From: Methanomicrobiales archaeon | GTDB taxonomy: Archaea; Halobacteriota; Methanomicrobia; Methanomicrobiales; Methanospirillaceae | Direction: 5' to 3' | DNA: 64,000 bases | NCBI GenBank assembly: GCA_037137755.1 | Contig: JBAXJR010000003.1 | Coordinates: 53,715 to 117,714, forward strand | In this document: piece after piece, positions 41,710 to 52,663 of the stretch | How the letters are laid out: each line of letters opens with the position of its first letter | Numbering within the stretch: the stretch's first letter is position 1 | Program-made: the position numbers and the translations under genes | The notes under the pieces: generated by a model | Seen by the model: the letters and a program-made list of their open reading frames with translations, nothing else | What the model was told of the DNA's origin: nothing | Database searches by the model: none

Positions 41710-42231
41710 TCAACATCCAGGTCCCTCTTCCTCATTTTCTTCAATGTGAAGTGCAGATTTGCGGGGTTCTAGATATTCCTGTTCTGTGCTCCATACTACA
41801 AAACGTGTCAATCCGGGAGAAAATGCTGGCTTATCTCCTCCGGTCATTCCTTGTGGGATTGGCTCAGCAGAGACAAGGTGTCCGTTATGGATCACATAGA
41901 GGCGGCGGAAAGGCCAGTCCTCTTCAGGTTTGATCTCCCGGTCATAATAGACCTGCCTTGCAAAGGCGAGTGTGCAGTAATTTCTGCCAGGGAACTCGAA
42001 CAGGACGTCCTGCATGTAGCGGCGTATATACCAGCGCAGTTCTCCTGCAATGGATAAGCCGCTTACAAGTGATTCGATTGGGATGATCACCCCTCCCGGC
42101 CTTTCTTTCGGGTGATAAAACCGTAATGCCTCCCTGGAGGTCTCGGAGGCATAGAGTGTGTGATGGAGGTCGATACCTTCACGCTGGAGAAAAAATATGT
42201 TCATTCGAGCTATTCCAAGAGAATAATCCAT
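41710..42231 (-). CDS. Conserved archaeal hypothetical protein (DUF5804-like)
   Basis: DL..TL..SETSR.AL.FY.P...SEL-like.WYIRRY pattern; upstream neighbour of dph5. Confidence 0.6.
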   Translation of the reverse strand: MDYSLGIARMNIFFLQREGIDLHHTLYASETSREALRFYHPKERPGGVIIPIESLVSGLSIAGELRWYIRRYMQDVLFEFPGRNYCTLAFARQVYYDREIKPEEDWPFRRLYVIHNGHLVSAEPIPQGMTGGDKPAFSPGLTRFVVWSTEQEYLEPRKSALHIEENEEEGPGC

Positions 42232-42374
42232 TTTTCAATAATAAAATACTGCGCTGTGCCGACAGCTGGAATACTTATCAATTAGGGATAGTCCATAAAC
42301 TATTCGATAGATCATGAAAATTTCCGTTTATTACCTTCTGGGAATACTAAAAGGTAATTATTTATGTGAAATAT

Positions 42375-43535
42375 TCAGGTATACATGCGGTTATCGAATG
42401 CAATCTCGCTCTTAACTTTCCGTACCGCGGCAAGGAAATCTTCTGCACTTATTACATCTGCTTCTTTCCTGACTGCAATCATCCCTGCTTCCCTGCATAT
42501 TGCCTGGACTTCTGCACCGGTCGTGTTCTCCGTGAGATCCGCGATCTCCTCGAGGGAGACGCCCTCGAGACGGAGTTTTGATGAGTGGATTTTCAGGATC
42601 TCAAGCCTGGAATCACGGTCTGGTAGTGGGATCTCAATGACACGGTCGAACCTTCCCGGTCTCAGAAGTGCCGGGTCAAGCATATCAACCCTGTTTGTTG
42701 CAGCCATTATCCTCACATCCCCCCTGTTATTAAAACCGTCCATCTCTGCGAGGAGCTGCATCAGTGTTCTCTGCACTTCAGCACTACCGGAGGTCCCGTC
42801 ATTTGTCCTCGTACTACCGACTGCATCAATTTCGTCGATAAATACAATTGATGGTGCCCGCTCACGGGCGAGCATGAATAACTCACGCACCAGCTGGGCG
42901 CCCTCTCCGATGTATTTATGGACCAGTTCGCTCCCTGACATCCTGATAAAGGTAGCCTTGGCCTGGTGGGCAACAGCCTTCGCAATCAGCGTTTTACCCG
43001 TTCCAGGAGGTCCGTAAAGAAGAATACCCTTGGGCGGTTCCACACCAATCCGCTCGAAGATTTCCGGCCTCGTGAGCGGGTACTCTACTGATTCCCGTAC
43101 CTCTTCGATCTCCTTTAAAAGTCCACCTATCTGGCTGAATGTAACACTAGGGGACTCTTCAAGCTCCATAACGCGGACGCGTGAATCAAAAACATTGCCC
43201 ACAATTTTTACAATGGAGAGTGCATTGTTAACCGCGACTTTTGCCCCGGGCTTTAATTCTTTCCCCATTTCTGCACTTACATGTGTCAGGTATTCCTGGT
43301 TGTTACCCTGCTGCCGTAAATAGATCTCTCCATTTTCAAGTATGTCAACTACAACGGCGATGAACAGCGGCATACGCTTGAGCTGGGCATTCTCGCGTTT
43401 TAGCTGGGTATTATCCCGTAAAAGCTCGTCATTTTTTATTTTGACTTCCAGAATATGTGCTTCTACCTCCTGGAGCCTGAGTTTTAATTTCAGCTCCCCT
43501 TCCTGCAAGGGGTTATTAATGACGGTCTCTTCCAT
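42375..43535 (-). CDS. pan: Proteasome-activating nucleotidase
   Basis: Coiled coil plus OB domain, GPPGTGKT, FIDEID, LRPGRFDR and C-terminal HbYX (MYT). Confidence 0.95.
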   Translation of the reverse strand: MEETVINNPLQEGELKLKLRLQEVEAHILEVKIKNDELLRDNTQLKRENAQLKRMPLFIAVVVDILENGEIYLRQQGNNQEYLTHVSAEMGKELKPGAKVAVNNALSIVKIVGNVFDSRVRVMELEESPSVTFSQIGGLLKEIEEVRESVEYPLTRPEIFERIGVEPPKGILLYGPPGTGKTLIAKAVAHQAKATFIRMSGSELVHKYIGEGAQLVRELFMLARERAPSIVFIDEIDAVGSTRTNDGTSGSAEVQRTLMQLLAEMDGFNNRGDVRIMAATNRVDMLDPALLRPGRFDRVIEIPLPDRDSRLEILKIHSSKLRLEGVSLEEIADLTENTTGAEVQAICREAGMIAVRKEADVISAEDFLAAVRKVKSEIAFDNRMYT

Positions 43536-43579
43536 GTTACTAATATATTCCAATTTTCATACATATATCAGGTGCGATT

Positions 43580-43990
43580 GTGATATTTCGAGGCAGGGGC
43601 ATTGCAAAAGGGTGTGCATCAGGAGAACTTCTGGTAAGTCCTGAGCCGATCTCGTTCCTTTCAGGTGTAAATCCTGATACAGGCGAGGTTGTAGAGAAAG
43701 GGCATCCCCTAGAGGGTCAGAGTCTTTCAGGCAGGGTAATTGCGTTTGATCATGGAAAAGGCTCAACGGTGGGATCCTATGTAATTTATGCCCTCTCAAA
43801 AAACGGGCATGCCCCTGCGGCCATAGTGAATACCGAAGCTGAACCGATTATTGCAGTCGGAGCAATTATGGGCGGTATCCCGATGATCGATCGGATAGGG
43901 GTCCCTGTTACGCACCTGAAATCCGGAACCCAGGTAACGGTAAACGGGGATACGGGAGAGCTCATCTACGAGGAGAATTCCCCAGAATAA
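43580..43990 (+). CDS. Aconitase X swivel subunit (DUF126; likely phosphomevalonate dehydratase small subunit)
   Basis: ISFLSGV.P.TG...E.GHPL.G, GKGSTVGSY and GAI...IP motifs. Confidence 0.85.
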   Translation: MIFRGRGIAKGCASGELLVSPEPISFLSGVNPDTGEVVEKGHPLEGQSLSGRVIAFDHGKGSTVGSYVIYALSKNGHAPAAIVNTEAEPIIAVGAIMGGIPMIDRIGVPVTHLKSGTQVTVNGDTGELIYEENSPE

Positions 43991-44030
43991 CTTCAAAAGA
44001 ATGAAGTAGTACCCGGCAGAATCCATTTTT

Positions 44031-44459
44031 ATGAAATTGTTGGTAATTATTAGTTTCCTGGCTCTCATGGTGATCCTTGTAGCAGGTTGTACCTCACTAC
44101 CTGTTTCTTCACCGGGACAAGGGCAGAGCCCGGCAGCGACATCGACACCCGGCCCGGTCGTCACCCTCCCTGTAACCACTGCTGTCGAGGTCCAGGTCAT
44201 GCAGAAGGACTCGGTCTACCAGACGGTCGATGTAGTATTTGGAGGTGGAAATGGCCAGGTCATGGTCAGTTCCTGCAACGTGGTAATGACCCGGAGTGAT
44301 GGGACTTCTGAAACACGGCAGTTGCAACCGGAAAAAGGTGCAACCGTTACCCTGCAGGGGACCAAAGGAACCGACCGTGTTGAAGTATCGGTAACCATGA
44401 AGGACGGAAAGACCTACAAGATCATTGACCAGCAGGTCCCGTACCGGACACGGGGATAA
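44031..44459 (+). CDS. Hypothetical lipoprotein
   Basis: Lipobox LVAGC, Thr/Pro linker, small beta-rich domain. Confidence 0.75.
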   Translation: MKLLVIISFLALMVILVAGCTSLPVSSPGQGQSPAATSTPGPVVTLPVTTAVEVQVMQKDSVYQTVDVVFGGGNGQVMVSSCNVVMTRSDGTSETRQLQPEKGATVTLQGTKGTDRVEVSVTMKDGKTYKIIDQQVPYRTRG

Positions 44460-44730
44460 GACCCCTTTAATTACACCGTTGCCGGATGGAAAAAAAGGTG
44501 AAAAAAAATAATTTTTTGAATACGTATTTCCTTTAGTTTACCAGTAGCGAATGTCCCGGGGTTCCGGGTAGCTGACCAACGGCATCATCAAATATGATAA
44601 CAAGGTGAACCGTGGATGGGAAGGGGGTAATTCATGGAGGTTTTCAAGAGCGGTCCAGTGCTTTTTGGAACAGTTCATTTTTTTCAGAAGGATGATTTGA
44701 TTACTACCCCGGGTGAATGGAAAAAGGCTG

Positions 44731-45843
44731 ATGAAAACCTGCTGGAGGACTATAACTGCTGCCGGCAATTCCTATGCGGCACTCAGGGCAGCATGTGGCA
44801 TCCATGGGATCCTTCTCGATCCTGTACAGGCCCCATCAGCGGATATTACCTGTTATAGTCTCAATTCTGTGACCGCCAGAAAATATGAACGCGAGATAAG
44901 GGAGGCGGAATGTATTACAATTGCAGGCGGTCCCTATGCTTCCGCGTGTTACCGTGAGGTAGCGTCATATGCAGATTATGTTGTCGTTGGTGAAGGCGAA
45001 CATACTCTGCCTGCATTACTTCACCATATTATGGGGTCAGAAAAAACGGAACTTCCCTCTGGCGTTGCAACATCGGAAGCCTTCTGTCCTCCAGACTCGA
45101 GCGTCTTCCTTGATGCATATCCACCCTTCAGTGATGTGAAAGGCTATATTGAATGTTCGCGGGGATGTCCGTTCCATTGTGGGTATTGCCAGACCCCCTC
45201 GCTCTTTGGTGGATCAATGAGGCACCGGAGTATTGATTCAATTGTCTCATATGCTAACCGTGTCAGGGACGCACGATTTGTTACACCTAATGCATTTGCA
45301 TATGGTTCCGATGGAAGGTCACCGAGGTTTGAAAAGATCCGTAAATTGCTCTCTAAAATTACATCTAATATTTATTTTGGTACATTTCCCAGTGAAGTCC
45401 GCCCTGAGTTTATCTGCCGCGAGGCACTGGATATTGTCGGAGATTATTGCAGGAACACGAAACTGCATTTTGGCGCGCAGTCTGGTAGCGACCGAATCCT
45501 TTCACTGCTTCACCGGGGCCATTCGGTGGCCGATGTGGTCTCGGCTGTAGAATTATGTCATGAAAATGGCATAACTCCTGTTGTAGATTTCATCCTTGGC
45601 CTTCCCTTTGAAAACGAAGAAGACCAGCTGAAAACCCTTGACCTTATCAGGTGGATTTCGAAATACGGGCATATCCATGCCCACCAGTTTCTCCCGTTAC
45701 CCGGCACAGCGCTTTTCGGCACATTACCCGCTCTCATTATAAATGAGGTACAGCAGGTCCTCGGGAACCTTGCACTCCGGGGAAAAGTGACAGGTTCCTG
45801 GTGTGATCATGAGATAAGGTTTTTTACAAACCCCTTCGAATGA
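44731..45843 (+). CDS. B12-binding-domain radical SAM protein (TIGR04013-like)
   Basis: AGGPYAS, VVGEGE, SRGCPFHCGYC, PSEVRPE and GAQSGSD motifs. Confidence 0.85.
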   Translation: MKTCWRTITAAGNSYAALRAACGIHGILLDPVQAPSADITCYSLNSVTARKYEREIREAECITIAGGPYASACYREVASYADYVVVGEGEHTLPALLHHIMGSEKTELPSGVATSEAFCPPDSSVFLDAYPPFSDVKGYIECSRGCPFHCGYCQTPSLFGGSMRHRSIDSIVSYANRVRDARFVTPNAFAYGSDGRSPRFEKIRKLLSKITSNIYFGTFPSEVRPEFICREALDIVGDYCRNTKLHFGAQSGSDRILSLLHRGHSVADVVSAVELCHENGITPVVDFILGLPFENEEDQLKTLDLIRWISKYGHIHAHQFLPLPGTALFGTLPALIINEVQQVLGNLALRGKVTGSWCDHEIRFFTNPFE

Positions 45844-45849
45844 TATTAC

Positions 45850-46491
45850 ATGATGGATGTGCTCTTGTTAGCAGATCTGCATGGTCAATTTGGTAAAATT
45901 GATTCATTTTTGGATCTCGGGGCCGATGCAGTTTTTATTGCCGGCGACCTCACCGATATGGGACCCGCAGATTCCGTTGAACCCCTGATGTCCCGGATAG
46001 ACGTACCCTGTTTTGTGGTACCGGGCAATTGTGACCCAAAAGAGATATTAGATGTCCTTGAACACTCTGACAGTGTCTGCCTTCATGCGTCTCAGATCAA
46101 CCTCGGGAAGATCTCAATCGCAGGGATAGGTGGATCAAATCCGACCCCGTTCAATACTCCGTTCGAAATGACGGACAAACAGATTGACGATATCTTGAAA
46201 GAAATCATGCCGAAAATGGAACGGACTGTTCATAATGTCCTGTTAACCCATGCACCACCTTATGGTAGTCTTGATGTAATTAACGGGGAACATGTAGGCA
46301 GCGCCAGTATCCAGCGCCACATGAAATCCTTCGACCTTGTCTGTTGTGCTCATATTCATGAGCAGCGTGGCATTGTAGACGTCGAGGGTACTAAAGTGGT
46401 AAACCCTGGTATGGCATCAACAGGAAACTGTGCGATGATTCATTTCGGTAATGAAGCAAAAGACATAAAGATCGAGCTTCTCACTGTTTAG
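45850..46491 (+). CDS. Calcineurin-like metallophosphoesterase
   Basis: DLHG, GDLTD, PGNCD, THAPP and AHIHE motifs. Confidence 0.9.
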   Translation: MMDVLLLADLHGQFGKIDSFLDLGADAVFIAGDLTDMGPADSVEPLMSRIDVPCFVVPGNCDPKEILDVLEHSDSVCLHASQINLGKISIAGIGGSNPTPFNTPFEMTDKQIDDILKEIMPKMERTVHNVLLTHAPPYGSLDVINGEHVGSASIQRHMKSFDLVCCAHIHEQRGIVDVEGTKVVNPGMASTGNCAMIHFGNEAKDIKIELLTV

Positions 46492-47008
46492 CGAGGATAA
46501 GCTCAAGGTACGAGGCGAGAATCTGTTCTCCCCGGACACCGATCTTTTCTGCAATATTGTTAATAATACTGGTATCCGCTACATCGGACTCCGACCTGAT
46601 TACTTCAATCTCCACGAAAGATCCAAGACCGCCTACTTCATCAAGCGCAATTGAAGCTTGTTCGAACGAATAATACTCACGGACTTTGTCGACGACGGCA
46701 GTTCTACGAAAACCGATACGTTCGAGTATCTGTTCGAATTCCAGCCCCTCTTCCACGATAACATTCAGTTCTTCACGGGCTTTGAACGCCAGGTCCCTAC
46801 GTTTGGCGCCCTTATAGGTGATAATGGTCCTGCCGCTGCTGTACCTGACCCTGAGGGCCTCGTCCGTGATGGCAAAATCCCGGTGAGGGGCATTATAGTA
46901 AATATCATGCTCACCGGTTTTTTCAGTCATATGGGCGCCAATTGCCAACAGGCGTTCACGGACTGGCGTAAGATCGGGTACCTTGACTTTTAGTTCTATT
47001 TCAAGCAT
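46481..47008 (-). CDS. cyaB: CYTH-domain triphosphate tunnel metalloenzyme (class IV adenylate cyclase-like)
   Basis: EIELK, D.YY, LRVR, TYKG, V.K.R and FVEIE motifs. Confidence 0.88.
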   Translation of the reverse strand: MLEIELKVKVPDLTPVRERLLAIGAHMTEKTGEHDIYYNAPHRDFAITDEALRVRYSSGRTIITYKGAKRRDLAFKAREELNVIVEEGLEFEQILERIGFRRTAVVDKVREYYSFEQASIALDEVGGLGSFVEIEVIRSESDVADTSIINNIAEKIGVRGEQILASYLELILAKQ

Positions 47009-47055
47009 ACAAGTGACACAGGTTTATCTATCATCGCCTCGACGTTATATAGCAA

Positions 47056-47754
47056 GTGATAAAGATGGCAATACAGGAAGGAGATTTTGTTAAACTGAGC
47101 TATACCGGTGGCGTGAATGGAAAGATTTTTGACACCACTGACGAAGAGGAGGCTAAGACCGCCGGTATTCATAACCCCCAGGCATTATACGGCCCGATCG
47201 TCATACGGGCTGGGAGTCACCATGTAATTCTCGGTCTGGATGAAGCACTTATCGAAAAAGATGAAGGTTTCGAAGGAGATCTTGAGATCTCTCCCGAGAA
47301 GGGGTTCGGCCTCCACGACCCGAAACATGTCGAATCGTTCCCGAAAAACAAGTTCAGGGAGAAGCCTGTCAAGGGGATGACGGTTAAAGTCGAGGAACTT
47401 GGAGAAGGGGTTGTCATCGATGTCATCGGTGGGCGGGTAATTGTTGATTTTAATCACCCGCTCTCAGGAAAAACCCTCAGTTATCATGTAAGGATCGATT
47501 CGAAGGTTGACGACCTCATAGAAAAGGTAAAGGGGTTGATTCACCTTTACGCAGGCCGCGACATGGAGATCTCTTTCCTCGACGGGAACCTCACAATCAA
47601 TCTTCCTCCGGGTATCAACTATGACCGCCGCTGGGTAATGTGGAGGAGCAGGGTTATTCATGAATCTTTTGAATTCATTCCCGATATCCAGGAGATTATA
47701 CTTGTTGAATCCTTTAAAAGACCAGAAAAATCCGGACAAGAAGCCGAAGAATAG
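47056..47754 (+). CDS. FKBP-type peptidyl-prolyl isomerase (SlyD-like)
   Basis: GDFV...YTG...FDTT and VDFNHPLSGK motifs. Confidence 0.9.
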   Translation: MIKMAIQEGDFVKLSYTGGVNGKIFDTTDEEEAKTAGIHNPQALYGPIVIRAGSHHVILGLDEALIEKDEGFEGDLEISPEKGFGLHDPKHVESFPKNKFREKPVKGMTVKVEELGEGVVIDVIGGRVIVDFNHPLSGKTLSYHVRIDSKVDDLIEKVKGLIHLYAGRDMEISFLDGNLTINLPPGINYDRRWVMWRSRVIHESFEFIPDIQEIILVESFKRPEKSGQEAEE

Positions 47755-47829
47755 ATTCTCAATATTTCTCTGACTTTTTAATTGTACCACAGGAAAAATT
47801 ATTTGGTCTTAATTCGAATCATTTTTGAC

Positions 47830-49170
47830 TCACTTCGTTATGGGACGAAGTTTTTTGATTACAAGTTCAACCTGCCGGACTGCGGTTCCGATATAATTGT
47901 CCGGGTTTAATAGTTCACCTATTTCCCCCGGAGTTAACAGATCGATCACTTTTGAGTGGTTACCCAGTATGTCCGCAAGTGCGCGTTTCCCTGCCAACGC
48001 CTCCATGCTGGTAATCCTGACGATCTCATGCGCGTCCTGGCGGTCCATGCCTCTTTTTGTCAGTTCTATCATGACAGATTCCGCCATGTTGATCCCGTGG
48101 AGGAAATTTAAATTATCCCGGATACGATCTTCCCTGATAACTAATCCTTCGAGCACACGGATCATTACCAGGAGAATATGGTCGGTTAATATCGTGGCCT
48201 CCGGGAATATTATCCGTTCACAGGATGAATTTGTCAGGTCACGTTCGTCCCAGAGGGTATTATTGAGAAGTGCAGGTTCAACTGCCGCCCTGATCACACG
48301 TGCAAGCCCGCATACCTGTTCACTTTTTATCGGGTTTCTTTTATGCGGCATCGTGCTTGAACCGACCTGGTGTTTTCCGAACGCTTCCTCGACCTCGCCG
48401 ATCTCTGTCCGCTGGAGGGACCGAATTTCGATTCCGATTTTATCAAGCGTGGTCGCTACATTCGCGAGGAACATAAAATACTCTGCATAACGGTCACGGG
48501 AAATAACCTGGTTGGAAACGTCAACATGTGAAAGGCCAAGAATTGACATCATCGTTTCCTGTACTTCGATCCCCTTGTTTCCAAGCGATGCCTGCGTCCC
48601 GACTGCCCCGGTCATCTGGCCAACCGCTACCCGGGGCCTTATCTCATTCAGTCTCTCAATATGTCTTCCGATTTCACTTGCCCAGATCGCAAACCTTAAA
48701 CCGTACGTGGTAGGCACCCCAATCTGGCCATGTGTCCTGCCTGCACATACAAGGTTAATTGTCTCGCTGCTGCGGGTAAGAAGGACGTTGAGAAGTTTTT
48801 TTAACTTTATATCTACCAGGTCCAGCGATTGCTGTAACTGAAGTCCGGTTGCGGTATCAAGCATATCATTCGAGGTAGCACCATAATGTACCCACCTGGC
48901 AGAACCCCCGCACTCTTCCGAGATCGATTTTACAATCGCCATCATGTCATGGCTGATCTCTTCCTCTATCTCTTTTGCCCGTGAAAGTTTGGCATTTTTT
49001 GCGCATCGTTCAATCTCATCTGCTGCCATTGACGGGATCATGTCATGAGCTGCCTCTGCGCGTGCCAGGGCAATTTCGGCAGCGATTATGCAGTTGAACC
49101 TGTTCTCTTCGCCCCAGGTGTGGCGCATTTCTTTTGTTCCATAGCGGTATTCGATCGGGTGTACTGCCAT
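47830..49170 (-). CDS. purB: Adenylosuccinate lyase
   Basis: HPIEYRYG, HYGATSND, GRTHGQ and GSSTMPHKRNP motifs. Confidence 0.95.
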   Translation of the reverse strand: MAVHPIEYRYGTKEMRHTWGEENRFNCIIAAEIALARAEAAHDMIPSMAADEIERCAKNAKLSRAKEIEEEISHDMMAIVKSISEECGGSARWVHYGATSNDMLDTATGLQLQQSLDLVDIKLKKLLNVLLTRSSETINLVCAGRTHGQIGVPTTYGLRFAIWASEIGRHIERLNEIRPRVAVGQMTGAVGTQASLGNKGIEVQETMMSILGLSHVDVSNQVISRDRYAEYFMFLANVATTLDKIGIEIRSLQRTEIGEVEEAFGKHQVGSSTMPHKRNPIKSEQVCGLARVIRAAVEPALLNNTLWDERDLTNSSCERIIFPEATILTDHILLVMIRVLEGLVIREDRIRDNLNFLHGINMAESVMIELTKRGMDRQDAHEIVRITSMEALAGKRALADILGNHSKVIDLLTPGEIGELLNPDNYIGTAVRQVELVIKKLRPITK

Positions 49171-49217
49171 CTGAAAAGATCTCTCCTGCTATTCTAAAGC
49201 ATTGTGAAACCTATTAT

Positions 49218-51230
49218 ATGTTAATGGATCACCTCGACGAATGGTTTCCCTACGACAACTACCGGCCGAATCAACGCCAGATGCTTGAAGTGGTTGCGCT
49301 CAGTGCAAAACAGGGGGGTATTGTCATGATTGATGCCCCGACCGGCAGTGGCAAATCGAGCGCTGTTGCGGCATTACTGTCAGAGCGGGGGAGCCGCAAG
49401 GTGATCATCGCTGTCAGGACCATCAGCCAGCTGACTACCTTTATTCGTGAATTATCGCTTATTAAAAAAAAGAAACCCTCTCTAAAGTTTTCATTTCTGG
49501 TTGGTAAATCTAACCTGTGCCCCCTTGGCGGGGAAGGGGATGTCTACCGGAGATGCGAAGGGGTAAAAGGTCTCACTACCTCACTGATGCGCGAACGTGC
49601 AGAACAGGGGTCACTGGTCCCGGCATCAGACCCGGTTATAAAAAAACAGGTTGCGCGTATCGACCGTGAACATCCCATGATCTGCCCGTATTTTATCAAC
49701 AGCAGGATTTACATGAAGGCAGAAGGGGGTGCACTGAAGATGGCCCCCTCACCGCCCCTGAAGTTGAAAGCAGACAGGGTTCTGCTCCCGGGTGTCCAGC
49801 CCCAGCAATTAACTGAGCTATGTGGTGACATATGCCCGTACGAGACGATGCTCTATGCTGCGCAGAAAGCGGACGTTATTGTCCTCAATTATTATCACCT
49901 GTTTGATGATATGGTCCGGGAACAGCTCTACCAGTCGATAGGAGTTGAACCATCAGATGTACTCCTTCTCATTGACGAGGCGCATAACTGCGGTGACGTA
50001 TTACAGGATGTACAGTCCGTCCGGCTGGAAGAACAGTCCCTTGAGCAGGCTGCCCACGAGCTCCTGCACCTGAAAAGGACAATCAAAGGTGTTGAGGCAG
50101 TTCACCACCTATTACCAAGGATCAAGGACTACATGCAGGGGCTGAAGAGTTCCCTCGAAACTGAAGATTGGTTTGACCCCGGGATATTCGAACGGATTAT
50201 CCTTAAAGGTTCATTATACCGGTCTCTTTCAGAAATTGTCGAAGAACTGATGACCATCAGCGAACGCATCAGGGAGAGCAATATCCGTGCAGGCGAATTT
50301 AAGGAAACAGCCATTGAACGCCTCACCGCCTTCATGTTCCGCCTCGAACAGTCAGCGTCTGATACCTCATATCTTACCGTTTATAAAAAAGATGAAGATT
50401 CAATCTTCCTTGAAGTCCGGAATATCGATCCAGGGCCAAAAATGCGCGAACTTGGTGGGTCGCATTATAGTTGTACTATGATATCGGGGACCCTTTCTCC
50501 GGTTACCAGTTACAGGAAATACTATTTCGGAGATATGGATGTAACCCTTTGTTCCCTCCCGAATTCTTTCCCGAAACAGAACCGGAGGATTATATGTGCA
50601 CGTGATATCACCACGTCTTTTTCACAGCGGCAAAATAAAGGAAATACCCAGAATATCGTTGATTATATAAGGTTTTTCACAACGCTTCCCGGGAATCTTG
50701 CAGTATACTTCCCTTCCTACCAGATCCTTGACCAGTACGCGGCCAGGGTGGTATCCGGGATCTCGAAAAAAAAGGTCTTTATTGAACCGAAAGATGCAAA
50801 AGATGCAAATATTGCATTACATGAGTTTATGGCGCTTCCTTCATTGAATAAATCAGGGGTTATTTTTGCTGTCTGCGGTGGTAAATGGAGCGAGGGGCTT
50901 GATTACCGGGGGGATATGCTTTCGGGAGCCCTTGTGATTGGATTACCGCTTGCCCCCTTTAACCGGCCGAGGAGGATGGTTATTGATTACTTCCGCCATA
51001 AATTCGGTGAAGAAGGTGAATTTATCTGTTATACACTCCCGGCGATCAACCGCGCACAGCAGGCTCTTGGCAGGGTTATACGGACCCCGGAAGACCGGGG
51101 TGTATTAGTATTCGGTGAGAAACGGTTCCTTGAGCCAAAGGTAGTCCGTGGACTCCCTGCGTGGATCAGGGGTGAGATAGTAGTGTGCGATTTTCACGAA
51201 TTTCGGGAGATGATGTCGAAATGGAGGTGA
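49218..51230 (+). CDS. XPD/Rad3-type Fe-S DNA helicase
   Basis: Q motif, APTGSGKS, four Cys (LCP, RC, ICPY, ICPY), DEAH, SGTL, SEG.DY and QALGRVIR. Confidence 0.9.
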   Translation: MLMDHLDEWFPYDNYRPNQRQMLEVVALSAKQGGIVMIDAPTGSGKSSAVAALLSERGSRKVIIAVRTISQLTTFIRELSLIKKKKPSLKFSFLVGKSNLCPLGGEGDVYRRCEGVKGLTTSLMRERAEQGSLVPASDPVIKKQVARIDREHPMICPYFINSRIYMKAEGGALKMAPSPPLKLKADRVLLPGVQPQQLTELCGDICPYETMLYAAQKADVIVLNYYHLFDDMVREQLYQSIGVEPSDVLLLIDEAHNCGDVLQDVQSVRLEEQSLEQAAHELLHLKRTIKGVEAVHHLLPRIKDYMQGLKSSLETEDWFDPGIFERIILKGSLYRSLSEIVEELMTISERIRESNIRAGEFKETAIERLTAFMFRLEQSASDTSYLTVYKKDEDSIFLEVRNIDPGPKMRELGGSHYSCTMISGTLSPVTSYRKYYFGDMDVTLCSLPNSFPKQNRRIICARDITTSFSQRQNKGNTQNIVDYIRFFTTLPGNLAVYFPSYQILDQYAARVVSGISKKKVFIEPKDAKDANIALHEFMALPSLNKSGVIFAVCGGKWSEGLDYRGDMLSGALVIGLPLAPFNRPRRMVIDYFRHKFGEEGEFICYTLPAINRAQQALGRVIRTPEDRGVLVFGEKRFLEPKVVRGLPAWIRGEIVVCDFHEFREMMSKWR

Positions 51231-51667
51231 TGAGTGGTTCATGCAGATTTGGCCTCTGGTTTGTGCATGTAAGGTGGTCGGGTTCTATGATTTTCCAGGT
51301 ATTGTTTTCAAAATCCCCTTTACCTGGTACGGTACCCCCATGCTTTATCCGCTATTGTGCAGGGAAAGAAGAAAGTTTTCAGTCACAGGAAAGCGTAGCC
51401 ATCACCTATCCGACAATATATGGGAAAATTTACCAGGAGGCCAGGAAGGTACCGTATGGAGAAACCCGGACATATGGTGAAATTGCCGCGATGGTTACCA
51501 CATCTCCCAGGGTAGTGGGCCAGGCGATGCGAAGGAACCCGACACCCCTGGTAATCCCGTGCCACCGAATTGTTGGGAAACATGATGTCGGAGGGTTTAC
51601 GCCCTCTCCTGAAATCAAAGAAGCATTGATACTGATGGAAAGAAAGACCAAGGATAGAATAAAGTGA
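51221..51667 (+). CDS. ogt: Methylated-DNA-protein-cysteine methyltransferase
   Basis: VPYGET.TYG, VGQAM..NP and PCHR active site. Confidence 0.92.
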   Translation: MEVMSGSCRFGLWFVHVRWSGSMIFQVLFSKSPLPGTVPPCFIRYCAGKEESFQSQESVAITYPTIYGKIYQEARKVPYGETRTYGEIAAMVTTSPRVVGQAMRRNPTPLVIPCHRIVGKHDVGGFTPSPEIKEALILMERKTKDRIK

Positions 51668-51897
51668 GGGAGCACAAGGTGACGCGGTGAAGTTGGATAA
51701 ATTTTTTTCAGAATTTTTGTTGATCCGGAGAAAAAAAACTATTAAACCCTCTTAACCAAACTAGTACAATAACCCTGATGAAGTAAATTGCAGTCTTTTC
51801 TGCATTCCGTCACTGAAATGGTTTACATTGTAATAATAAAATAAACATGAATCTGAAACAGCGTAATGATAATCTGATCTTGTAAGACAGGAAAATT

Positions 51898-52488
51898 TTG
51901 ATGAGGACTGCAATAATTCTCGTGGGAGGCGAAGCAAAAAGAGCAGAAGGGCGGGAGAAATATTTTTTTCTCCATGAAGGGAAGACATTTCTGTCGAGAT
52001 TACTCGATTCTCTTGTACCGGTAGTTGACGAGGTGATACTTGTTGCAAGAAATCCTGAGCAATGTATCCGTTTTAAAGACTATGAGAATATTTTTTGCGT
52101 TACCGATATCAGGACAGGTATTGGTCCAATCGGGGGTATCCATGCCGGTGTCCTTGCTGCAAAAGGGGAGAATGTTTTCATATCCGGGTGCGATATGCCG
52201 TTTGTTTGCAGGGAAATTGTAAATCAGCTCTTTTCACGGATTAATGGATACGATGCAATCATACCCGCCTGGAATGATGAAAAATTTGAGCCCCTTCATG
52301 CTGTTTATAAAAGAGATGCCTTATTACAATATCTTACATCCCACGAATCTTTGTCTCTTCGTACAATGATCCGCAGCCTTTACACGTATTATATTAATGT
52401 TGATGAATTCAGAAAGGATGACCCTAATCTCCGCACTTTTATGAATATAAATAAGGTTGAGGACCTCTCGACACTAAATAAATTATAA
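51898..52488 (+). CDS. mobA: Molybdenum cofactor guanylyltransferase
   Basis: LVGG...R..G..K, GPIGGI, CDMPF, EPLHAVY and NIN motifs. Confidence 0.9.
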   Translation: MMRTAIILVGGEAKRAEGREKYFFLHEGKTFLSRLLDSLVPVVDEVILVARNPEQCIRFKDYENIFCVTDIRTGIGPIGGIHAGVLAAKGENVFISGCDMPFVCREIVNQLFSRINGYDAIIPAWNDEKFEPLHAVYKRDALLQYLTSHESLSLRTMIRSLYTYYINVDEFRKDDPNLRTFMNINKVEDLSTLNKL

Positions 52489-52663
52489 AAAAACCTCCGG
52501 AAATTTCCTATAAAATGGGAGACAAAAAAAGTGGGAAACGTTTGAGCATTAAATTCCATTTGATATAATTCACTAATCCGGAATGCTGCTGGTATTTTAT
52601 CACTGACTCTTCTTTTGAACAGGGAAATGATAGGAAATGAAAAAGAAAACTGTTGGTTGATAT

